Shown: piece by piece, positions 51,837-62,205 of the stretch
Numbering within the stretch: the first letter of the stretch is position 1
Layout of the letters: each line of letters opens with the position of its first letter
Assembly: GCA_943789005.1 (NCBI GenBank)
Contig: CALSSL010000001.1
Span: 192,511 to 256,510 of the forward strand
Direction: 5' to 3'
DNA length: 64,000 bases
DNA from: an uncultured SAR86 cluster bacterium
GTDB taxonomy: Bacteria > Pseudomonadota > Gammaproteobacteria > Magnimaribacterales > D2472
Made by a program: the position numbers and the translations under genes
The notes under the pieces: generated by a model
Databases searched by the model: none
Told to the model about the DNA's origin: nothing
The model's input: the letters and a program-made list of their open reading frames with translations, nothing else

Positions 51837-52616
51837 TTATCTTAAAATACCGCGAGAAGAGGTTTTTATTGATTTAATAAATATTTCCAAATAAATATCA
51901 CTTGTTTCGGATAATATTATATCGAGTTCTTTTATGGCTTCATTTAATTTAAGTCCTTTTTTATAGACTAATTTAAAAGCTTTTTTAAGAGTTTCTATTG
52001 AATTAGCAGGAATATCATTTCTGGCCATGCCAATAGAGTTTAAGCCAACTATTCTTCCTGGGTTTGAGGCAGCTTTTAAGAATGCAGGAATATCCATCGT
52101 AACTGAGGTATTCATACCTAAAAAAGAATGATCACCTAAACAACAAAATTGATGAACTGCTGAGTATCCACCCATGACAACAAAGTTCCCAATTTTTACA
52201 TGACCAGCAAGACCTGCATTATTTGCAAAAATATTATTGTTACCAATAACGCAGTCGTGTGCAACATGGGTATAGGCCATAAACAAATTATCATTCCCAA
52301 TTTCCGTAAAACCCTTGTCTTGAATCGTACCTCTGTGGACTGTAACTCCTTCTCTAAAAATATTATCATCACCAATAATTAACTTGGTGTCTTCTCCATC
52401 ATATTTCTTGTCAGGTGTATCCTCTCCAATAGAAGAAAATTGATAAATTATGTTATTTTTTCCTATTTTGGTGGGTCCTTTTATAATTGCATGACTTAAT
52501 ACAGTAGTGCCTTCACCCAACTCAACATCATCACCTATAATACAAAATGGTCCAATATCAACAGATGGATGAATTTTAGCAGTGCTGCTGATTATTGATG
52601 ATGAATCTATACTCAT
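51837..52616 (-). CDS. lpxA: UDP-N-acetylglucosamine acyltransferase
   Basis: Hexapeptide repeats, HRGT, HVAHDC, LAGHV. Confidence 0.97.
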   Translation of the reverse strand: MSIDSSSIISSTAKIHPSVDIGPFCIIGDDVELGEGTTVLSHAIIKGPTKIGKNNIIYQFSSIGEDTPDKKYDGEDTKLIIGDDNIFREGVTVHRGTIQDKGFTEIGNDNLFMAYTHVAHDCVIGNNNIFANNAGLAGHVKIGNFVVMGGYSAVHQFCCLGDHSFLGMNTSVTMDIPAFLKAASNPGRIVGLNSIGMARNDIPANSIETLKKAFKLVYKKGLKLNEAIKELDIILSETSDIYLEIFIKSIKTSSRGILR

Positions 52617-53056
52617 TAAGCCTTCCTATCAGCACAAAGTATTGTTGCTGAGCATACAAGTTTATCATCAACAAAAGCTTTAGTTTCAAACTTCCAAATA
52701 CCCTTCTTTTCATTAACGATTTCACTATGCAAATGGATAACATCTTCAGGACCTACTCTAGACCTAAACCTAGCCTTATCGACACCAGCAAAAACATAAA
52801 TAGAACCTTCTTCAGGGGTTTTATTCATTGTTTTAAAACCTAAGATGCCTGAAGCCTGAGCTAAAGCTTCTAAAATAATAACTCCTGGCATAACTGGGTT
52901 ATTTGGAAAATGACCCCTAAAATAATCTTCATCTGAGGAATTTCTCTTAATACAATGTATTTTTTTACCAAGTTCAATATCAACTATTTCATCAATGAAT
53001 AAAAATGGTTCTCTATGAGGCAGAAATTTACTAATTTCTTCAGCATTATTTGACAT
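52616..53056 (-). CDS. fabZ: 3-hydroxyacyl-ACP dehydratase
   Basis: LPHREPFLFID, GHFPNNPVMPGVIILEALAQ. Confidence 0.97.
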   Translation of the reverse strand: MSNNAEEISKFLPHREPFLFIDEIVDIELGKKIHCIKRNSSDEDYFRGHFPNNPVMPGVIILEALAQASGILGFKTMNKTPEEGSIYVFAGVDKARFRSRVGPEDVIHLHSEIVNEKKGIWKFETKAFVDDKLVCSATILCADRKA

Positions 53057-53058
53057 AA

Positions 53059-53994
53059 TTAAGCTCTTTTTTTTATAAAGATTGAAGACTTAGCCCAATC
53101 TTTTTGATTTTGAGCTGGCATTATACCAATATAATTACCTGATTTATTTATGCTTTTTGTAATTAGCGTATGAGCACCTATAGTTACATCATCACATATA
53201 GATAAGTGCCCTAAGACTCCAGAAAGGCCTCCCATTTGAAAGTTCTTACCAATTACAGTCGATCCAGCTATGGCACAAGAAGCAGCAATTGCTGAATTCT
53301 CTCCCAAAACTACGTTATGAGCAATTTGAATTTGATTATCTAATTTTACTCCATTATGAATTTCAGTATTATCTAGAGCACCCCGATCAATAGTACATGA
53401 GGCTCCAATTTCAACGTTTTTTCCAATAATTAGTTTGCCAAGTTGCTCTATTTTTACATAGCCATCTTTGGAAGGAGCATAACCAAACCCATCTGAACCA
53501 AGTACTGAGGCACTATGAATTATAGAATATTCTCCAATCCTTACATCCTGAACAATCGTGCAGTTTGCTTTAATAATTACATTATCTTCAATAATGCAGT
53601 TTGGTCCAATGACAACATTTGCCCCTATGGATACATTTTCTCCAATTTTTGAATCATTAGAAATTACTGCTGATGGATGTATTGCTAGATTGTCTATTTC
53701 AAAAATTGATTTTTTAAATAGGGTAGTTAATTTTGCAAAAGCTAAGTAAGGATCTTCTGATAAAAGATAGTTTAAGCGATCATCTGTTTTAAAGGACGTT
53801 GAAACAATTACAGCATTTGCTGAAGTTGTATTTATATATTTCTGATATTTTTTGTTTGCTAAAAATGAAATAGATTCTTTAGTGGCGTTCTCTAAGGTGG
53901 AAATGTTGTTGACAATAGCCTTGCTATTGCCAACAACTTTAGAGCCTGTAAATTCTGCTATTTCAGCTAAAGAATATTCTTTCTTTTGTGACAC
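53059..53994 (-). CDS. lpxD: UDP-3-O-acylglucosamine N-acyltransferase
   Basis: DPYLAFA, GSDGFGY, IDRGAL, DNQIQIAHN. Confidence 0.96.
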   Translation of the reverse strand: MSQKKEYSLAEIAEFTGSKVVGNSKAIVNNISTLENATKESISFLANKKYQKYINTTSANAVIVSTSFKTDDRLNYLLSEDPYLAFAKLTTLFKKSIFEIDNLAIHPSAVISNDSKIGENVSIGANVVIGPNCIIEDNVIIKANCTIVQDVRIGEYSIIHSASVLGSDGFGYAPSKDGYVKIEQLGKLIIGKNVEIGASCTIDRGALDNTEIHNGVKLDNQIQIAHNVVLGENSAIAASCAIAGSTVIGKNFQMGGLSGVLGHLSICDDVTIGAHTLITKSINKSGNYIGIMPAQNQKDWAKSSIFIKKRA

Positions 53995-54530
53995 TACTCG
54001 GATTGAGTATTTGCCTCTGAAGCTGCAACATCTAACATTGAAGTTACATCATCAGTTAAATCTAGAGCTGGATCACTAAAAAGAATACTCTCATTTTTTT
54101 GAAGAAGTACTTTAATTTGTTTAGCTTGTATTAATTCCCCAATAATTTTCTGCATAGAAGCGCCATTTTCAGCAAAAACTTTTTGAGCAGTCTCTTCTTG
54201 AGCTTGTTGAATTTTTCCTGCTAAAAACTCAAGGTCTTTTCCTTTATTTTGAATATCTCTTTGCATTGCTGCTATTTGCTCTTGAGATAAAGTCTCAAGA
54301 TCCTTTTGAAGTTTTTCTGCAATTGCTTGCCTTTCTGCTTGGAGAGATTGAGCTTCTTCAAGGTTGGCAGCATAATCAGCATCTTCTTCGAGAGCCTTAA
54401 AAGCATCTGAAGCAGCTTGAGTTGATAAAACAGCAGTTCTCATATCTATAACAGCCATTCCATCAACAGCAAAGACTGGGAAAGAAAGCAATAAAACTGC
54501 TAATAAGTTAAGTTTAAATAAATTTTTCAT
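53994..54530 (-). CDS. skp: Periplasmic chaperone Skp/OmpH
   Basis: Signal peptide, long coiled coil, DLTDDV C-terminus; between bamA and lpxD. Confidence 0.85.
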   Translation of the reverse strand: MKNLFKLNLLAVLLLSFPVFAVDGMAVIDMRTAVLSTQAASDAFKALEEDADYAANLEEAQSLQAERQAIAEKLQKDLETLSQEQIAAMQRDIQNKGKDLEFLAGKIQQAQEETAQKVFAENGASMQKIIGELIQAKQIKVLLQKNESILFSDPALDLTDDVTSMLDVAASEANTQSE

Positions 54531-54566
54531 AGTAACCCCTTAATGGTGAATGATATTTTATCTCAA

Positions 54567-56984
54567 TTAGAATACATTGCCTACAGTGAATTGAAATTCC
54601 TTTGTTTCTTCATATTGGCCTGCGTTTGTTGGTTTTGAAATAGCGAAACTCATGGGTCCAAAACCAGTAATCCAAGTAACACCTACGCCGTATGAATATC
54701 TAAGATCATCGATAGAGGGTTTATAACAATTAATTTGATAATCTTTACAGTTGTCTGAGAAGACATTACCGAAATCAAAAAAGAATGCAGATCTCATCGA
54801 CCTTTGATCTTCAATAAAAGGTAGTTTAAAAATTAATTGTAAGCTACCTTCTACTTTAATATTTCCTCCAATAGAAACTCTTTTATTATATTCAGAGTTA
54901 GCATATGGATTATAGTAAGGAGTGTCTAAAACTCCATCGCCATCACTATCAAGAAGATTTGGACAAGTTCCATCAGAATAATTAAATTCATAGCAGGGAG
55001 CTTCAGTACTTCTAGGACCTAATGTATTTGATTCAAATCCTCTTAATGATCTTGGTCCACCGGCATAGAAGTTTTGAAAAAATGGTGTTTCTTCAGTATC
55101 GCCAAATGGAGCCAAGTATCCTAAATCAAGATTAAAACCAAAAACTAAATCCTCAGAAATTGGCTGATAAAATTTCTGTCTAAGATTAAGCCTAGCATAA
55201 TCTATATCACCACCCGGTATAGTTGTGGAAAAACTAACCACGGTTGAAGATCCATCTGTTGGGAACATTCCTCTATTTAAAGTAACTCTTTGCCATGATA
55301 TTTGAGACGTTAATGTTTCAAAAATGCTTCCTTCAGCATTTATAAAATCCCATATCTCTCTTGCTGGAGATGTACCAATATCAATATCTGTTTTATCATA
55401 AGTTAAACCAAGATTAATTCTCTGCGTATCAGACAATGGGTAGCCAAACTGTAATCCAAAGCCATTAGAGTTACTTAGGTAATTGGCAACATTAAACTCA
55501 CCATAATCAGTTTCTCTAAAATAAATATTATAGCCAAGACTGATAGCATCTTTAGTAGCAAATGGATCAAGAAATGAAATATTATAGCTCTCTGAATATA
55601 TATTTTTACTTATACCTATTCCTACTGTATTTCCAGACCCCAGAAAATTTTGTTCTTGTAAATTAAAGCCTAGCATCAATCCAAAATCGCTGTAACCTAT
55701 ATTTCCACCGACAGATCCTGTAGTTTCTTCTTCAACAGAATACAAGATATCAATCTGATCTTCGGTATTTGGTACAGGCACTGTTTCGACATCAACTTCT
55801 TTAAAATACCCAAGTCTTTCCAATCTAACTTTTCCAGCCTCAATGCTATTGTTTGATGACCATGCACCTTCAAACTGCCTCATCTCTCTTCTTAAGACAT
55901 GATCTTGAGTAATGTTATTTCCGGAGAAGAGAATTTTTCTTGTATAGGTTCGTTTACCAGGAGCTACATTAAATATAATTTTTACTTCGCTTGACTCTTC
56001 ATTTATTTCAGGAACTCCACTAACCTCTGCAAAAGCGTAACCTCTGTTACCAAGCACATTTACAAAAAACTCTTCTATTGATGTAATTTGAGATTGGGAA
56101 TAAGTCAACCCAGAAAGAGAATCCATGATGGCGGAATACACCTCCTCTTCTAATGGAATGTCTCCAACAACTTCTGCTTCTGAGATGTTATATTTCTTAC
56201 CCTCAAAGACATTGAAGTTAATAAAAATATTTTTCATATCTCGAGAAAGGCTTATTTGGGAGGATTCTATAGAGAATTTAAGATAACCCCTGTCCTTGTA
56301 AAAAGACTCTAAAGTTTCTATATCACCTTTAAGTTTTTCTCTAGAATATGCATTGTCGTTATTTAAAAATGAAAAAAATGATCCCTCTGAAAGCTCGAAA
56401 CCTTTTAACAATTCATCATTAGTAAATTCTTCATTTCCGATAATATTAATTTTTTCTATTGATGCGCTTTTTCCCTCATCAACGGTTATATTAATTTCTA
56501 TTCTATTTCTTGATTTTTTTATCTCTTCTATTTCAACCCCTGCTCCATATCTTCCATTTGATGCATAGGATCTTACTAATTCTGATTTTACTTTTTCAAG
56601 CGTTGATCTCTTATAAACCTCGCCTTCTTTAATACCTACACCATCGAGACTCTCAATAAGTTGCTCGGTCTTAAGAGCTTTATTACCAGAAATATCGATT
56701 GCTGAAATTGAAGGTCTTTCAACAACACTAATTATTAATGTATTTCCATCCTTAGCTATCTGAATATCATCAAACTGTTCTGTTGAGAAAAGTGATCGAG
56801 TGATATCGGATGATTTTCTTAAATCAATTTTATCGCCAACACTAATAGGAATGACATTAAAGATACTTCCGGTAGATACTCTCTGTAACCCAATTATTCT
56901 TATATCACTTACAAGAAATTCATCAAATGCATTTAATTGGGTTATTAACAATAGACTAAAAAAATAAATTTTAAATTTTTTCAA
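54567..56984 (-). CDS. bamA: Outer membrane protein assembly factor BamA
   Basis: POTRA repeats (GLQRV, LRREMRQFEG), LRGF loop-6 motif, C-terminal FQFTVGNVF. Confidence 0.97.
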   Translation of the reverse strand: MKKFKIYFFSLLLITQLNAFDEFLVSDIRIIGLQRVSTGSIFNVIPISVGDKIDLRKSSDITRSLFSTEQFDDIQIAKDGNTLIISVVERPSISAIDISGNKALKTEQLIESLDGVGIKEGEVYKRSTLEKVKSELVRSYASNGRYGAGVEIEEIKKSRNRIEINITVDEGKSASIEKINIIGNEEFTNDELLKGFELSEGSFFSFLNNDNAYSREKLKGDIETLESFYKDRGYLKFSIESSQISLSRDMKNIFINFNVFEGKKYNISEAEVVGDIPLEEEVYSAIMDSLSGLTYSQSQITSIEEFFVNVLGNRGYAFAEVSGVPEINEESSEVKIIFNVAPGKRTYTRKILFSGNNITQDHVLRREMRQFEGAWSSNNSIEAGKVRLERLGYFKEVDVETVPVPNTEDQIDILYSVEEETTGSVGGNIGYSDFGLMLGFNLQEQNFLGSGNTVGIGISKNIYSESYNISFLDPFATKDAISLGYNIYFRETDYGEFNVANYLSNSNGFGLQFGYPLSDTQRINLGLTYDKTDIDIGTSPAREIWDFINAEGSIFETLTSQISWQRVTLNRGMFPTDGSSTVVSFSTTIPGGDIDYARLNLRQKFYQPISEDLVFGFNLDLGYLAPFGDTEETPFFQNFYAGGPRSLRGFESNTLGPRSTEAPCYEFNYSDGTCPNLLDSDGDGVLDTPYYNPYANSEYNKRVSIGGNIKVEGSLQLIFKLPFIEDQRSMRSAFFFDFGNVFSDNCKDYQINCYKPSIDDLRYSYGVGVTWITGFGPMSFAISKPTNAGQYEETKEFQFTVGNVF

Positions 56985-56992
56985 TTATCTTC

Positions 56993-58354
56993 CTATATAA
57001 AGCGAGAAATATCATTAAAGATGGCAAAGATCATTAATGCCCCAACCATTAGCGCGCCACCGGTATATACAAGGTTTTCTGTTCTATCTGCAAGGGGCTT
57101 ACCTCTGATTGCTTCTAAACCTAGTAAAGTAAGTTGACCGCCATCAAGAACAGGAATTGGTAATAAATTTAGTACGCCAAGGCTAATACTTAATAGTGCC
57201 ATTAAATACATAAATGGAACAAACCCGGCTTGTGCCGTATTCCCTGCCATTTGAGCTATTCCAATAGGCCCGCTTAAATTGTCAGTACCCATATTTCCCG
57301 TTAACATTTTTCCAATAAACTGAAGTGTTTTTTTACTTAAGTTATACGTTTCAAAAACACCTTTAGAAAAAGATTCAAGTAAAGAGCGGTTTGTGCCAAA
57401 AGATAGGCCAATTATCCCTACCTCATTTCCGTCTTCATTTTGACTAGCTCCAATTCTAAGTGGAACTTGAACTAAATCTCCATCTCTATAGACATCAACT
57501 AAAACATTTTCATTTGGCATAGATGAAATTACATTTCTGATATCACTGGCATAATTTATTTTTGAATTGCCAATTTTATAAATAATATCATTTGCCCTTA
57601 GGTTAGCATTATCTGCAGGGCCTGACTTAATAACAGAACCTATCACAGGCTTCATCTTATACTCAACATCTAAACCTAAATATTTTAATGGATTTGACTG
57701 AGATTCAGAGTTTGGAAGAAAATCTACAACCCGGATTCCCACATCAATAATACTATTAATATCTGGTCTTTTAATTCCTAAGTTAATTATGCCGGTATAT
57801 CCAGCATAGGATAAAAGCTCAAGACTTATATCCTTGGGATCTGATATTACAACTGAATTAATAGAATATATTTGGTCACCTTTTATTAAAAAATCGCTAG
57901 TAGCTCTCATCTCAATTGAGCTATCTGAAGACTTTATAACTGCTATTGTTTGAGGATCTGGAGTATTCAAAAAAATAAATGAAAATATAAAAATAGATAA
58001 CAAAAAGTTTGCAAGCGGTCCTGCAAACATAATCAAAGCCCTTTGCCATTTGGGCTTAGAATCAAATGTATTTTTTATTTGTTCGGCAGATAAACCTTCT
58101 TTAACTTCTGGCTCTAACTCAATTAGCTTATTTGTAATCATTGATACATATCCGCCCAAAGGAAAAGCTGATATTGCAAATTCTGTTCCATGCTTATCTA
58201 AGCGCTTGTATACTACAGGCCCCATTCCAATTGAAAAACGTTGAACGTGTACATTAAATATCCTTGCAAAAATAAAGTGTCCATATTCATGAATAGTTAT
58301 AAGAACACCTAAAAGTGCAAGAAAAGAACCTATATAAATAATTGTTGTGGTCAT
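56993..58354 (-). CDS. rseP: RIP metalloprotease RseP
   Basis: HEYGH, FAGPLANF, PDZ region, NLLPIPVLDGG. Confidence 0.96.
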   Translation of the reverse strand: MTTTIIYIGSFLALLGVLITIHEYGHFIFARIFNVHVQRFSIGMGPVVYKRLDKHGTEFAISAFPLGGYVSMITNKLIELEPEVKEGLSAEQIKNTFDSKPKWQRALIMFAGPLANFLLSIFIFSFIFLNTPDPQTIAVIKSSDSSIEMRATSDFLIKGDQIYSINSVVISDPKDISLELLSYAGYTGIINLGIKRPDINSIIDVGIRVVDFLPNSESQSNPLKYLGLDVEYKMKPVIGSVIKSGPADNANLRANDIIYKIGNSKINYASDIRNVISSMPNENVLVDVYRDGDLVQVPLRIGASQNEDGNEVGIIGLSFGTNRSLLESFSKGVFETYNLSKKTLQFIGKMLTGNMGTDNLSGPIGIAQMAGNTAQAGFVPFMYLMALLSISLGVLNLLPIPVLDGGQLTLLGLEAIRGKPLADRTENLVYTGGALMVGALMIFAIFNDISRFI

Positions 58355-58357
58355 AAT

Positions 58358-59521
58358 TTAAGTGAGTGATTTTACCACCTTCTTTGCCTCCATGCGTGTT
58401 TGCTTATCTATTTCATATATTGCTTCTATATTAATACTATTAGACACAGGCACAGCATTAAAAGTTCTATAAATAACTTCATATATTTTATTAAATGTGA
58501 TCTTACCATTTAAAAAATTTTCTACAGCAATCTCATTTGCAGCATTAAATGCTGTGCCAGAAGAACCGCCTGTATTGCAAACCTCACGGGCAAGATTAGC
58601 TATCTCTAATCTATCCTCTGGAAATTCTTGAAAAGTCAGATTTAATGACGAAAAATTTATCTTAGTAAAATCAAGAGATAATCTTGATTCTTCAAGAGAT
58701 AATGCATGAGAAATAGGAACCCTCATATCTGGATTGCTCATCTGACATATACTTGAACCATCTTTATAAGTAACTATAGAGTGAATTATGCTTTGTGGAT
58801 GAACAACTAACTCGAAGTATTCTTCATTCAAGTCAAATAAATATTTTGCCTCAATAAGTTCTAAGCATTTATTTACAAGAGTCGCAGAGTCAATGGTTAT
58901 TTTTGAACCCATTTTCCAGTTAGGATGATTTAAAGCTTCTTTTTTAGTTACTTTTGATAAATCATCAATTTTTTGGTTTAAGAAGGGTCCCCCGGATGCA
59001 GTAATGATAATTTTTGACACATCATTGGTATTTTTTTCTGAATTTAAGCATTGGAAGATTGCATTATGCTCACTATCAATTGGAATGATTTTAGTATTAT
59101 GTTTTTTTGCAAGTGGCAAAATTATATCTCCTGCTACAACAATACTTTCTTTATTTGCCAATAAAATTATTTTTCCTGTTTGTACAGCCATAAAAGTTGT
59201 CTCTAAACCAGAGAAGCCTGATATAGCAGATATTATTATGTCTATACTTTTGTGCTTAAGGAGATACTCTAACTCAGATTTTTCTGAAAATAATTCTATG
59301 CCTTCTGACCTTTCTAAAGAATCATTTATTGAGCTTAAGTTAGCTTTTGATTCACAGTAGACATAATTTGGATCAAACTCTTCAATTATAGAAAGTGCTT
59401 TAGTGAGGTTTGACTGAAAAGATATAGCAGTAAGATTTAATTTATCACTATTCTGTTTGATAACGCTTAAAACACTGTCGCCAATACTTCCAGTAGCACC
59501 TAATAAAAGAATATTTTTCAT
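58358..59521 (-). CDS. dxr: 1-deoxy-D-xylulose 5-phosphate reductoisomerase
   Basis: GATGSIG, LANKES, PIDSEH, TASGGPF, HPNWKMG, NAANE. Confidence 0.97.
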   Translation of the reverse strand: MKNILLLGATGSIGDSVLSVIKQNSDKLNLTAISFQSNLTKALSIIEEFDPNYVYCESKANLSSINDSLERSEGIELFSEKSELEYLLKHKSIDIIISAISGFSGLETTFMAVQTGKIILLANKESIVVAGDIILPLAKKHNTKIIPIDSEHNAIFQCLNSEKNTNDVSKIIITASGGPFLNQKIDDLSKVTKKEALNHPNWKMGSKITIDSATLVNKCLELIEAKYLFDLNEEYFELVVHPQSIIHSIVTYKDGSSICQMSNPDMRVPISHALSLEESRLSLDFTKINFSSLNLTFQEFPEDRLEIANLAREVCNTGGSSGTAFNAANEIAVENFLNGKITFNKIYEVIYRTFNAVPVSNSINIEAIYEIDKQTRMEAKKVVKSLT

Positions 59522-60210
59522 AGGCTCTCAATAATTATCGATATTAAAAGCAAAATTGGAGTGGCAATTAAGTGCGAATCTATTCTGTCCAAGACACCTC
59601 CGTGGCCAGGTAATAGTGATCCTGTATCTTTTATCCCTTTTTCTCTTTTATGAAAACTTATTAGAAGATCGCCAAAAAAAGCAAGACAGCCTCCCAATAA
59701 ACATATTGGTAAAAACCAATATTTTAAATTTAAAAAATAGCATATTGCTAGAGCATAAATTAAAACAACAACTAATCCCCCAAGAAGACCTTCAAGTGTC
59801 TTATTAGGACTAATATTAGGTGCAATAGCAGTTTTTCCAAAATTTGAACCAAAAAGATATGCAAAAGTGTCAAAAATAGTTGTATTAATAATAATTATAA
59901 AAAAAAGATAGAAAATGGAAATTGAATTATAGGATTCAATGATCTTTATTGATGGGAGTATGTCGGAAGTGGCTCCAACAAAATAGATTACCAAGAACCA
60001 AAAGTATAAAAAAATTAAATTTAACCCCCATAATACTGGATGCCTGAAATTATTTTTTACCCATTCATAAAAAGCAAAAGCACAAACCGCTGAGACCATG
60101 ACAAGGAAAATCCAATAATTTTGAGCTAAAATTATTAAGACCATTGGAACAATAATTAAAAAACCAGTAAATGATCTTTTAATTAAATTTAAATTATATT
60201 CTCTTCCCAA
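59518..60210 (-). CDS. cdsA: Phosphatidate cytidylyltransferase
   Basis: DTFAYLFG, ISPNKTLEG, GDL..S..KRE.GIKDTG.LLPGHGGVLDRIDS; start uncertain. Confidence 0.94.
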   Translation of the reverse strand: MGREYNLNLIKRSFTGFLIIVPMVLIILAQNYWIFLVMVSAVCAFAFYEWVKNNFRHPVLWGLNLIFLYFWFLVIYFVGATSDILPSIKIIESYNSISIFYLFFIIIINTTIFDTFAYLFGSNFGKTAIAPNISPNKTLEGLLGGLVVVLIYALAICYFLNLKYWFLPICLLGGCLAFFGDLLISFHKREKGIKDTGSLLPGHGGVLDRIDSHLIATPILLLISIIIESL

Positions 60211-60922
60211 ACCTTCTACTCACTTTTTTAAAATTATCAAGACATTCAACAAAATCATCTTTTTTGAAGTCTGGCCAGTATGTATCAACAAAATTTATTT
60301 CAGTATATGCTATTTGGTATAAAAGAAAGTTGCTTATTCTCTTTTCTCCACCTGTTCTAATTAATAAATCTATCTCATCCACTGGACAGCATGAAAATTT
60401 TGAAATTAAGTCTTCATCTATATCATCAATATTTATATTTTTAGAGATAATTTGCCCTGAGATATATTTGGTAATATTTACAATATCTTGCTTACCACCA
60501 TAACCAAGAGCAACATTCAAATTTAAAACAGATTCTTGATGATTTGTTGCATCTTCTGCATCTTTTATTTTTGACAGTATTTTCGTACCGAAATCATCTA
60601 TATTTCCAAAAAATTTTAATTTCACTTTTTGTTTTATTAAGTCTGGAACTTGTTCATTGATAGCTTTAACTACTAATTTCTTTATTGCATCAATTTCAGT
60701 TTTTGGTCTTGACCAATTCTCTGAGCTGAAAGCATATAGTGTAAGTGATGATAATTTTTGATTGACTGATTCCTCAACTATCTCTCTTACAACTTCAACT
60801 CCTTTACTATGGCCTTTACTTATATTCAGGGCATTGGACATAGCCCATCTACCATTACCATCCATGATAATGGCAACATTTTTTGCACTCTTGGCAGATA
60901 TTTTTTTTATATTGTTAGCCAT
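60194..60922 (-). CDS. uppS: Undecaprenyl diphosphate synthase
   Basis: IIMDGNGRW, YAFSSENWSRP, RTGGEKRISNF, RRFG. Confidence 0.97.
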   Translation of the reverse strand: MANNIKKISAKSAKNVAIIMDGNGRWAMSNALNISKGHSKGVEVVREIVEESVNQKLSSLTLYAFSSENWSRPKTEIDAIKKLVVKAINEQVPDLIKQKVKLKFFGNIDDFGTKILSKIKDAEDATNHQESVLNLNVALGYGGKQDIVNITKYISGQIISKNINIDDIDEDLISKFSCCPVDEIDLLIRTGGEKRISNFLLYQIAYTEINFVDTYWPDFKKDDFVECLDNFKKVSRRFGKRI

Positions 60923-60932
60923 ATGGCTTCTT

Positions 60933-61487
60933 TTAAATTTCTAAAAGATCAGACTCTTTGGCTTTTAGCTCTGAATCAACAAGACCTATAAACTTATCAG
61001 TTTCTTTTTGAATAAGGTCTTCCATTCTTCTTAGATCATCTTCTGAAATTTCACCTGCTGTTTGACTTTCTTTACAAGCTTGGTTTGCATCTCTTCTAAT
61101 ATTTCTTATAGAAACTCTTGAATTTTCTGCCTCGGCTCTAGCTTGTTTGATGTAGTCTTGTCTAGTTTCTTCCGTTAAGGAAGGCATAGTGATTCTAATT
61201 AAATCAGATGATGTGCTTGGATTTAAGCCTAAATTAGAATTCATAATAGCTTTTTCAATTTCTGGAATTAAACTTTTATCCCATGGAGATATGACCAAAG
61301 ATCTTCCATCTTCTACACTAATGCTTGCAGTTTGATTAAGGGGGGAGAGATTTCCATAATATTCAATTTTAATATCATCTAAAATAGTTGGATTAGCTCT
61401 TCCAGTTCTAATCTTATTGAAGGCCTGACCAAGAGATGAAAGTGATTTTTCCATTCTTGAAGTTGCGTTATTTATTGTTTCATTCAT
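60933..61487 (-). CDS. frr: Ribosome recycling factor
   Basis: IRTGRANP, LGLNP, VSIRNIRRD. Confidence 0.97.
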   Translation of the reverse strand: MNETINNATSRMEKSLSSLGQAFNKIRTGRANPTILDDIKIEYYGNLSPLNQTASISVEDGRSLVISPWDKSLIPEIEKAIMNSNLGLNPSTSSDLIRITMPSLTEETRQDYIKQARAEAENSRVSIRNIRRDANQACKESQTAGEISEDDLRRMEDLIQKETDKFIGLVDSELKAKESDLLEI

Positions 61488-61488
61488 A

Positions 61489-62202
61489 TTATGATATTAA
61501 CGTACCTATTTTTTCACCGCAAATAATATCTTTGAGTGCGTCTTTAGTATTAACATTAAAAACTTTTATTGGCAGTTTGTGGTCTCTCGCTAATGTTAAA
61601 GCAGTAGCGTCCATAACTTTTAGATTTTGAGATATAGCATCATCAAAAGATAACTCTGGATAAAATATTGCATCTGAATTAATTTCTGGATCTGAATCAT
61701 ATACTCCATCAACCCTAGTAGCCTTAAGCATCAAGTCTGATTGAGTTTCAATCGCTCTCAAACAACCTGCTGTATCTGTTGTAAAAAATGGATTTCCAGT
61801 ACCAGCTGTAAAAATAACAACATAGCCATCACTTAAAAGTTGTATAGCAAGTCTTCTGTCATAATGTTCCACAATTCCGGACATTGAAATAGCCGACATC
61901 ACTCTAGTTTTAATGCCCGCTCTTTCAAGTGCATCTCTAAAAGCAATACCATTCATGACAGTTGCTAACATTCCCATATGGTCCCCAGCAACTCTATCCA
62001 TACCAGCCTTGTTGAGCTTTTCACCTCTAAATAGGTTGCCGCCACCAATAACAATTCCTATCTGAGCACCGATTTCTCTGCAAGATGCTACAGATGAAGC
62101 CATTTGATCTAGTATTTTAGGATCTATGCCATGCTCATCATCGCCAGCGACAGACTCTCCACTAAATTTTACGAGAATGCGTTGATGAAGAAGTTTGGAC
62201 AT
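61489..62202 (-). CDS. pyrH: Uridylate kinase
   Basis: [33 protein letters not shown]. Confidence 0.97.
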   Translation of the reverse strand: MSKLLHQRILVKFSGESVAGDDEHGIDPKILDQMASSVASCREIGAQIGIVIGGGNLFRGEKLNKAGMDRVAGDHMGMLATVMNGIAFRDALERAGIKTRVMSAISMSGIVEHYDRRLAIQLLSDGYVVIFTAGTGNPFFTTDTAGCLRAIETQSDLMLKATRVDGVYDSDPEINSDAIFYPELSFDDAISQNLKVMDATALTLARDHKLPIKVFNVNTKDALKDIICGEKIGTLIS

Positions 62203-62205
62203 AAT

